Shown: one piece after another, positions 36,755-43,984 of the stretch
Position numbering within the stretch: position 1 is the first letter of the stretch
How the letters are laid out: every line of letters starts with the position of its first letter
Assembly: GCA_045639065.1 (NCBI GenBank)
Contig: JAZUCK010000023.1
Location: forward strand, 30,429 to 94,428
DNA length: 64,000 bases
Origin: Alphaproteobacteria bacterium
GTDB lineage: Bacteria > Pseudomonadota > Alphaproteobacteria > RF32 > CAG-239
Direction of reading: 5' to 3'
Notes under the pieces: generated by a model
The model's input: the letters and a program-made list of their open reading frames with translations, nothing else
The model's database searches: none
What the model was told of the DNA's origin: nothing
Made by a program: the position numbers and the translations under genes

Positions 36755-38185
36755 ATGACAACACGTACACGTTTTGCTCCCTCGCCGACAGGATATATGC
36801 ATATCGGAAATTTGCGCACGGCATTATATGAATATCTTATTGCCAAAGCCAATGGTGGCGACTTTTTGCTAAGAATTGAAGACACCGACCAAAAACGTTA
36901 TGTCGAAGGCGCAACCGACATTATTTATTCCACCTTAAAAATGGTTGGTATGAATTGGGACGAAGGTCCGGATATCGGCGGTAACTATGGTCCCTATGTT
37001 CAATCAGAACGCAAAGATTTGTACGCCCCCTATGCTCACAAATTGGTAGAATTGGGCGGTGCTCATTATTGCTTTTGTGCCGAGAGAGAAAAACAAGTTG
37101 ATGAGGAAGGCAACGAGATTATAGCCAAATTTGAAGACCCTTGTAAGCACATTCCTTTGGAAGAGGCAAAAAGACGTGTTGCTGCCGGCGAACCTTATGT
37201 TATTCGTCAAACCATTAACAAAAAAGGCAAATCGCAATACGAAGACAAAGTTTATGGCACAATCGAAATCGACTATGACGAATTAGATGAAGGTGTATTG
37301 TTAAAAAGCGACGGCTTCCCGACATATAACTTTGCCAACGTTATCGATGACCATTTGATGAACGTAACCCATGTTGTCAGAGGCAGCGAATATTTGCCAT
37401 CAACTCCGAAATATAACTTGATGTATGATACTTTCGGTTGGGAAAGACCGGTATATGTTCACTTACCGCCTGTAATGAAAGATGCAACTCATAAGTTATC
37501 TAAACGCAACGGCGACGCTTCGTTCCAAGATTTGGTAGCTAAAGGTTATTTGCCGGAAGCCATCATCAACTATATTGCGCTTCTTGGTTGGAATCCGGGA
37601 ACCGAAGAAGAAATTTTCTCAATCAAAGAATTGGAAAAAATCTTCTCGGTTGAAAGATTGAACAAATCGCCGTCAATTTTCGACATTGTAAAACTTACTT
37701 GGATGAACGGCGTTTATATCCGTAACTTGAGTGAAGAAGATTTTTATAAATATGCCGAACCGTATTTTGCCGAATTGTCTGCCGGTGTAGATAAAAAAGC
37801 TTTGGCTCGTGCACTTCAACCTCGTATCGAAACCTTGGCTCAAATCCCCGAGCAAATTGCTTTTGTTAAAGAAGTTCCCGAATATTCGGCAAGTTTGTAT
37901 GAAAACAAAAAGATGAAGACCGATGTCGAAGTTGCCAAAAAAGCTTTGCCTTTGATTAAAGATGTTTTGGCAAATCAAATTGAGTGGAACAATGACGCAT
38001 TGTTTGCAGCACTTAAAGCATTGGCCGAAGCCAACGAGATGAAAAACGGTCAGATTTTGTATCCGGCACGAATTGCCTTGTCCGGTCTTGAAACCACCCC
38101 CGGCGGTGCAACCGAATTAGCCGTAGTTTTGGGTAAAGAAGAGTGTTTAAAGCGCATTGACGCTGCCATTAAGAAACTTGCATAA
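36755..38185 (+). CDS. gltX: glutamate--tRNA ligase
   Basis: Class I motifs HIGNLRTALY and KLSKRNG. Confidence 0.95.
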   Translation: MTTRTRFAPSPTGYMHIGNLRTALYEYLIAKANGGDFLLRIEDTDQKRYVEGATDIIYSTLKMVGMNWDEGPDIGGNYGPYVQSERKDLYAPYAHKLVELGGAHYCFCAEREKQVDEEGNEIIAKFEDPCKHIPLEEAKRRVAAGEPYVIRQTINKKGKSQYEDKVYGTIEIDYDELDEGVLLKSDGFPTYNFANVIDDHLMNVTHVVRGSEYLPSTPKYNLMYDTFGWERPVYVHLPPVMKDATHKLSKRNGDASFQDLVAKGYLPEAIINYIALLGWNPGTEEEIFSIKELEKIFSVERLNKSPSIFDIVKLTWMNGVYIRNLSEEDFYKYAEPYFAELSAGVDKKALARALQPRIETLAQIPEQIAFVKEVPEYSASLYENKKMKTDVEVAKKALPLIKDVLANQIEWNNDALFAALKALAEANEMKNGQILYPARIALSGLETTPGGATELAVVLGKEECLKRIDAAIKKLA

Positions 38186-38193
38186 CCAAATAA

Positions 38194-38217
38194 AAAAGCA
38201 CTCTGTTGAGTGCTTTT
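38194..38217. terminator. bidirectional terminator between gltX and argS
   Basis: AAAAGCACTC-tgtt-GAGTGCTTTT. Confidence 0.75.
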
Positions 38218-38239
38218 TTATTTTAGTAACTTATCCTAT

Positions 38240-39979
38240 TTAAGCTTTTTTTAGCATAACTTCCGGTGATTCGATACCAAGCAGGTATAACAATTTTACC
38301 AAAATATCGCGTACCAATTTTGCTAAAGCCAAACGCGAAACCATCAATTCTTTACTTTCGGCAGTCATAATCGGCGACGAATTATAAAATGTCGAGAATA
38401 CTTGTGCCAAGGTATAAACATAATCTGAAATAATGCTCGGTTCTTTTTCAGTATGAGCACGCCAAACTGCCGCATTAAGTTGTGCAATTTTCAATGCCAA
38501 ATTACGCTCATCAGTGGTTGTAATTATAACATCTTTCGGGGTTATGTTTTTCTCCTCAGCCTTGCGCAAAATCGAGTTAATTCGAGCAATTGCATATTGA
38601 ATATATGGTCCGGTTTTGCCTTCAAATTTGGCAAAATCTTCCAAATCAAAAATATAACCTGATGATGTGGTATTTTTCAAATCTTGGAATTTGATAGCTG
38701 CAATAGCTACTTGATTGACTAACTTTTCGATTTCTTTTTCGCCATAACCCTCAACTTCATTAGCTGCAGGAATAGATTCTCTGACCTTGTCTTTTGACAT
38801 TTTAATCAAGTTTTCCAAAGTCATAACTCCGCCGTCTCTGGTTTTGAAAGGCTTACCGTCTTTGCCGTTTACCGTTCCAAAGCCATAGTGTTTCATAACC
38901 AAATTCGGTGCAAATTTCAATTTGTCAACTGATTGGAAAACTTGTTCAAAGTGAAGCGATTGTCTTTGATCAACGAAGTAATAAACCTCATCGGCTTTCA
39001 AATCTTCGACCCTCATTTTGATTGTGGCAATATCGGTAATCTGATAACCGAAACCGCCGTCACGTTTAATCAAAATTGTCGGAGGCATAGGTTTGTTTGT
39101 TTCTTCCAAACGCATAATAAGTGCGCCGTCATCCATTTCGGCCAAGCCCATTTGTTTGGCCATTTCGACAACATCACCGCTGGCTTCGTGAGCATCACTT
39201 TCGCCAAGCCACAAATCAAAGTTTACATCTAATGCTACATAGTTTTTCTTAACGGCTTCAACCGAAATATCTCTGATATAACGCCATGCCTTGCGGTATT
39301 CTTCATCGCCGTCTTGCAATTTTGCGGTAATAACACGAGCAGCTTCTTTTGCTGATTCATCTTCTTTGCAACGGATATTAGCTGCCTTATAAAATTCGGT
39401 AATTTCATCAACATTATAAGTTGTGGCTTTGCTCAAGTCACCGTCGTGATTGATAATTTCGGATAAAATCATACCCATCGGAGTGCCCCAATCGCCGAAG
39501 TGAACATCAGAGATAACGTTGTTACCCAAAAAACGTTCGATTCTTGAAACAGCTTCGCCGATAACTCCCGAACGCAAGTGTCCGACATGCATGGCTTTTG
39601 CCACATTTGGCCCGCCATAATCAAGCACTACTGTTTTTGGGGTATCAATTTTTTCAATACCGAGCATTTCATCACATGACATATCTTGCATATTTTTAGC
39701 AATAAATTCATCAGCGAGCGAAATATTCAAAAACCCCGGCCCGTCAACACTGATTTTTGCCAAATCAACATCTTTTTCCAAAGCTGAAGCGATATTTGTT
39801 GCGATTTCACGAGGATTTTTTTTCTCAATCTTAGCCAAAGCCAAAGCACCGTTACACTGGAAATCGCTCAAATCAGGGCGATCGGAAACCTTAACGGTTG
39901 CAAATTTTTCATCCAAACCAAGTTCTCTAAAAACTTTTTCAACTTTTTGATTTATCAATTTTTCCAAAGATAAAGACAT
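38240..39979 (-). CDS. argS: arginine--tRNA ligase
   Basis: 579 aa. Contains PNVAKAMHVGHLRSGVIGEA and the DALR anticodon-binding C-terminus. Confidence 0.95.
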   Translation of the reverse strand: MSLSLEKLINQKVEKVFRELGLDEKFATVKVSDRPDLSDFQCNGALALAKIEKKNPREIATNIASALEKDVDLAKISVDGPGFLNISLADEFIAKNMQDMSCDEMLGIEKIDTPKTVVLDYGGPNVAKAMHVGHLRSGVIGEAVSRIERFLGNNVISDVHFGDWGTPMGMILSEIINHDGDLSKATTYNVDEITEFYKAANIRCKEDESAKEAARVITAKLQDGDEEYRKAWRYIRDISVEAVKKNYVALDVNFDLWLGESDAHEASGDVVEMAKQMGLAEMDDGALIMRLEETNKPMPPTILIKRDGGFGYQITDIATIKMRVEDLKADEVYYFVDQRQSLHFEQVFQSVDKLKFAPNLVMKHYGFGTVNGKDGKPFKTRDGGVMTLENLIKMSKDKVRESIPAANEVEGYGEKEIEKLVNQVAIAAIKFQDLKNTTSSGYIFDLEDFAKFEGKTGPYIQYAIARINSILRKAEEKNITPKDVIITTTDERNLALKIAQLNAAVWRAHTEKEPSIISDYVYTLAQVFSTFYNSSPIMTAESKELMVSRLALAKLVRDILVKLLYLLGIESPEVMLKKA

Positions 39980-39993
39980 TTTATATTTTTTCC

Positions 39994-40311
39994 TTATTGT
40001 TCACACTTAAAATAGTAATGATTCGGTACCAACAAACGACAAGTAAAAACAGTTTGCTTTACCGGAACCGCCTTATTACCTGTTTTATGTTTTTTGCATT
40101 CTTCATCGGCCAAAGTTTGTACTTCGCTGTAAGGAGTATACAAAACATTATAACATATGGCAGGATTTTCGGGAGTTGATTTTCCCACGTATAAAGCACC
40201 ATCAGAGAAACCGCCGGCTTCTCGTCGTCGATCGACAAAAGGCTTAAATTGTGCGCAACCGCAGAGTAAAGATACCAAAACTGCAATATTTATAATTTTC
40301 GTACTTGCCAA
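39994..40311 (-). CDS. small lipoprotein, function unknown
   Basis: 105 aa. Signal peptide with lipobox (VSLLCGC). Confidence 0.6.
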   Translation of the reverse strand: MASTKIINIAVLVSLLCGCAQFKPFVDRRREAGGFSDGALYVGKSTPENPAICYNVLYTPYSEVQTLADEECKKHKTGNKAVPVKQTVFTCRLLVPNHYYFKCEQ

Positions 40312-40379
40312 TTCAACAAAACTCCTTATACTTAACTAAAATTTTTAATTCCACTAACTATAACAAGAAGAAGTAAAAA

Positions 40380-40964
40380 ATGCAAGCAAACAAATATATC
40401 GGTGATGAAGCTTTTATAAAAATGTTGGAACATTATTCTTGTCCGACACCCCTAAACGTAATAAAAATGCGTTTTGCCGGAGCTATTTGCTCACCAAATA
40501 TGAACTTACGTCCGACAGATGTAATTTCATCATTTTGGGAAGAGGGACGCACACCTCGCTTAGAAACTAAGAAAGAAGCCGATTTGTTCTTTAAGTTTTT
40601 TATGGGCTTGTGGGACGAAATTTTTGAAGATGTGAAAAAAATCGGGGTAAAACTTCCGTCTTCAAAAGAAAAAGATATTCAAATTTATTGCCAAAATCGC
40701 TTCGAAGAAATTGAACAAGGATTTGTTGAGGGCTTCTTCGGCGGACAAGAAAACTTAAAAATGGCCGGATATTTGGCACAAATTGTCGATTCTTTATCCG
40801 AAATGGCAACTCTATATACCAAGATAGCGCTAAAAGGCGAAGCAACTCAAGCTACTTGGGATGCAGTTAAGCACACCGACAAAGTTGTCGAACGCTCGAT
40901 TGCTTTCATTATCGAAAATTCGGTAATGCCACGTATTGAAGACATTAAACGCAGTGTAAACTAA
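40380..40964 (+). CDS. hypothetical protein
   Basis: 194-aa ORF with no competing frame. Family not recognised. Confidence 0.5.
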   Translation: MQANKYIGDEAFIKMLEHYSCPTPLNVIKMRFAGAICSPNMNLRPTDVISSFWEEGRTPRLETKKEADLFFKFFMGLWDEIFEDVKKIGVKLPSSKEKDIQIYCQNRFEEIEQGFVEGFFGGQENLKMAGYLAQIVDSLSEMATLYTKIALKGEATQATWDAVKHTDKVVERSIAFIIENSVMPRIEDIKRSVN

Positions 40965-41620
40965 GCCAAAACACAAGAATACAGCACGGCAAAAAAGTGC
41001 ATAACCGTACCGCTAAGGACAAAGAAATGCCAAATAGCGTGGGTATATTTTTTTGACTTTTGAATATAAAACAGAACACCAAAGGTATAAAATAATCCGC
41101 CTAAAACGAGGAATATTAAACCCAGTGAGGGAATAGCGCTGACCAAAGATTTTGATGCAAAAACAATCAGCCATCCCATAATCAGATAAAGCGATATTGA
41201 CCAAATTTTAGTGCCGCTTCCCGAGGTTACGAGTTTTAATATCGTTCCCAAAATTGCCAATCCCCATATAATACCGAATATTACCCAACCGGTAACACCT
41301 CGAAGTGAAACCAACAAAAACGGAGTATAAGAGCCGGCAATCAGATAATATATGGATATGTGGTCAAACTTTTTTAATTTCTTTTTGATTTTTTCATCTC
41401 TAAAGGCGTGATAAAGAGTAGATGCGGTGTATAAAACAACCATACTTGCGCCAAAAATAGCCGTGGAAACAATCGCCCACACATCAGCATAAAGCGAAGC
41501 AAAAACTACCAACAATACAAGTCCGGTAATACTCAAACCGATACCTATACCGTGAATTATGGAGCTCCACATTTCTTCTTTTGATGAGTAGGTCCTTACA
41601 TTTGACATAACACCCTCCAA
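40961..41620 (-). CDS. hemolysin III / PAQR-family membrane protein
   Basis: Seven hydrophobic segments. Contains HAFRDEKIKK, DHISIYYLIAGSYTPF and HAIWHFFVL. Confidence 0.85.
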   Translation of the reverse strand: MEGVMSNVRTYSSKEEMWSSIIHGIGIGLSITGLVLLVVFASLYADVWAIVSTAIFGASMVVLYTASTLYHAFRDEKIKKKLKKFDHISIYYLIAGSYTPFLLVSLRGVTGWVIFGIIWGLAILGTILKLVTSGSGTKIWSISLYLIMGWLIVFASKSLVSAIPSLGLIFLVLGGLFYTFGVLFYIQKSKKYTHAIWHFFVLSGTVMHFFAVLYSCVLA

Positions 41621-41758
41621 AACAAATTATAAAAAATTTTGACATTCATTAGAAATACTGTCAAGAAGGCACTTTTTTGAGTGTAAGTATGGTGCAAGAA
41701 ACTATTGTAAAAATTTTAACAGACAATATTATATCGCATTAAAAGTTCTAAGAAGTTT

Positions 41759-43054
41759 ATGTTTGATATTCAATTTTATAAGATGGCGATGCTAAAAATA
41801 GATTTGCAAGATTTGTTTTTTGCATATTTTAACTGTCGCAAAAACAAAAGGCGCACGGTAAATGCACTTGATTTTGAATTAGACTTCGAAACCAAGCTTA
41901 TCAAATTATATAATGATATAAAAAAACGCAAATACGAAATAGGCAAATCAATAGCATTTATAGTATTTGAGCCGGTAAAGCGAGAAGTTTTTGCTGCTAA
42001 TTTTCGAGACAGAATAGTTCATCATTATATTATAGATAAAATAAACAAATATTTTGAAAAAGATTTTATAGACGACAGTTATAGTTGCCGAGAGGGTAAA
42101 GGTACCTTATACGGAGTAACACGCATATACGAATATATGCGTGAATGTTCGCAAAATTATACAAAAGATTGTCATATACTAAAGTTGGACATTCGTTCAT
42201 TTTTTATGAACATTGATAAAAATATATTATTCAAAAGCCTTAAAAAATTTTTGGACAGTAAGTATAAAAATCCTGACAAAGACACAATTTTATACCTGAT
42301 AAAAAAGGTAATTTTCAACAATCCCGAAGACAATTGTATAATAAAAGGCAAACTATCAGATTGGAACGGTTTGCCTTATTACAAAAGCTTGTTTTGGTCG
42401 AACAAAAACAACGGATTGCCCATAGGAAATCTGACCTCGCAGGTTTTTGCCAATTTTTATTTAAACTCTTTAGATAAATACATTACAAAAGATTTGGGTA
42501 TAAAATATTATGGTCGCTACGTTGATGATTTTGTAATTATCCACGAGGATAAGGAATACTTAAAGAAGGTACATATAAAAATAGCAAATTTTTTAAGACG
42601 AGAGCTAAAACTTACACTTCATCCGCAAAAAGTATATCTTCAACACTATAGCAAAGGGGTAAAATTTATTGGTGCCATAATCAAGCCCAATCGAATATAT
42701 ATCGGCAACAGGACCAAAAACGGATTGTATAATAAGATTGGCTCAAAGCTTGAGATAATGTCACAAGATTTGCCAATAGCACTCAAAGAGATTGCAAATT
42801 TTGAAGCAAGTATAAATTCATATTTTGGATTTATGCGTCATTATAACAGCTATAATTTGCGCCGTCATACCATAGAAAAACTGCAAGAAACATTTGTAGG
42901 CGATATGATGGAAGACAAAAAAGAATATAACAAGATTTCTATAGATAAGCTATTTCGTCCCTTAGAGCAAAAAAAATATCAACTGCGTCATCAACGACAA
43001 TATCGAAGGTGGCAATATAATTCAAAAAGGAGTAATAAAAATGGCAATATATAA
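41759..43054 (+). CDS. DGR-type reverse transcriptase
   Basis: 431 aa. Contains the DGR-clade signature LPIGNLTSQVFANFYLN (I/LGxxxSQ) and the catalytic YGRYVDDFVI (YxDD). No maturase/endonuclease extension. Adjacent to avd and the TR. Confidence 0.92.
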   Translation: MFDIQFYKMAMLKIDLQDLFFAYFNCRKNKRRTVNALDFELDFETKLIKLYNDIKKRKYEIGKSIAFIVFEPVKREVFAANFRDRIVHHYIIDKINKYFEKDFIDDSYSCREGKGTLYGVTRIYEYMRECSQNYTKDCHILKLDIRSFFMNIDKNILFKSLKKFLDSKYKNPDKDTILYLIKKVIFNNPEDNCIIKGKLSDWNGLPYYKSLFWSNKNNGLPIGNLTSQVFANFYLNSLDKYITKDLGIKYYGRYVDDFVIIHEDKEYLKKVHIKIANFLRRELKLTLHPQKVYLQHYSKGVKFIGAIIKPNRIYIGNRTKNGLYNKIGSKLEIMSQDLPIALKEIANFEASINSYFGFMRHYNSYNLRRHTIEKLQETFVGDMMEDKKEYNKISIDKLFRPLEQKKYQLRHQRQYRRWQYNSKRSNKNGNI

Positions 43055-43394
43055 TCAACTGCCGATATATAAGGATTCGTATCAGCTTTTGCTTGAGATA
43101 TATCAAGTTACATCAAAATTCTCTAGAGAACACAAATATAATCTAGGTCAAGATATGAGGCGAGATGCATTAGCAATGATGCGACATTTATATGGAGCAA
43201 ATATAAATATTGAGCACAGGCAAGAATATATCGACAGATTTTTAAATATGTTTGAAATGTTAAAGGTCGAAATAAGGTTATGTGTTGATATGAACATAAT
43301 GAGTATAAATCGCCTTGCGCATATCAGTTTGATAATGGATTCGATAGCCAAGCAAGCGAGGGCATGGAGAGCAAGGAGCGGTCAAAAACAATAA
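43041..43394 (+). CDS. avd: DGR accessory variability determinant (Avd-like four-helix-bundle protein)
   Basis: 117 aa, basic and helical. The N-terminus LPIYKDSYQLLLEIYQVTSKFSREHKYNLGQDMRRDA is typical of the four-helix-bundle / 23S rRNA intervening-sequence protein family. Overlaps the RT stop by 14 nt. Confidence 0.85.
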   Translation: MAIYNQLPIYKDSYQLLLEIYQVTSKFSREHKYNLGQDMRRDALAMMRHLYGANINIEHRQEYIDRFLNMFEMLKVEIRLCVDMNIMSINRLAHISLIMDSIAKQARAWRARSGQKQ

Positions 43395-43410
43395 AAGTCT
43401 TTAACTAAAA

Positions 43411-43522
43411 AAGCCGAAACGCACGGGCGTTGTTGTTGTTATTCTTATTGTTGTTGTTCCGATTGCCATCGGATGTATTTAGTTTCCATGAGTTATTTGA
43501 ATTGTACTCAGAGGAGGACCAA
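43411..43522 (-). repeat. DGR template repeat (TR), with its sense strand on the minus strand
   Basis: The reverse complement is colinear with 45316-45430. Its conceptual translation is Asn-rich: WSSSEYNSNNSWKLNTSDGNRNNNNKNNNNNARAFRL, made of AAC/AAT codons. All 17 substitutions relative to the VR are at TR adenines. Confidence 0.93.
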
Positions 43523-43719
43523 ACCTGACAATATTTTTGTTATCGTTTAAATTTTGAACGACATCTATTAAATCAGATGCTGTAGATAACCCTTTTTTAA
43601 TTAAAAAAAGCTCACTCCTAACGACACGAAATCGATAGAATTCCGGCAGAATATCCAACCGCTCCGGTTAAATATGCTAGTGTTTAAAATTTTTTATGTC
43701 AATAAGGTAAATCAAAACC

Positions 43720-43858
43720 GTCATCCCCCTGAGCGAATGCAATGAGCGAGGTAAGGCATCTTCCTTGTTTTATTTAATTTGAAGATCGCTAACCGCACTC
43801 CGCTAAAGCTTCGTTTAGGCGATGACTCATTATGTCATTCCTCATTCAAGGCGTTGAC
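43720..43858. repeat. palindromic repeat units upstream of the giant flagellin (same family as 46351-47090)
   Basis: The unit at 43720-43765, GTCAT-CCCC..TGAGCGA..GAGCGAG..AGGC-ATCTTC, is an inverted copy of the downstream B unit. The unit at 43781-43826 is GAAGAT-CGCT..AGGCG-ATGAC. A partial unit lies at 43834-43858. Confidence 0.75.
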
Positions 43859-43984
43859 AGAAAAATAATTTTTTTTATATTATTAAGGAAATATTTACAA
43901 ATTTTATGTACAAGCTATAGTATATAAGTGTGTCTTAATATAAGCGCACAATGTAAGAAATACAACCAAAATAGGAAAGAAACA

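Noticed and set aside
41759-43054. The reverse transcriptase as a group II intron or retron RT
   Set aside because: There is no maturase (X) or endonuclease extension and no recognisable intron domain V/VI RNA. No msr/msd inverted repeats are present. The I/LGxxxSQ signature, the adjacent Avd-like gene and the A-specific TR/VR pair instead identify it as a DGR RT.
43591-43610. Perfect 18-nt AT palindrome CTTTTTTAATTAAAAAAG between the TR and the flagellin
   Set aside because: It is essentially A/T only and could arise by chance in this composition. No GC stem supports a terminator call. It is noted only as a possible boundary of the antisense TR transcript.
43928-43984. Upstream ATG extension of the giant flagellin ORF (MCLNISAQCKKYNQNRKET)
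   Set aside because: The paralogous flagellin begins at the equivalent of MANSTITLTASMRSNL. An AGGAAAG RBS precedes the ATG at 43985. The extension has no homology and is more likely 5' UTR.
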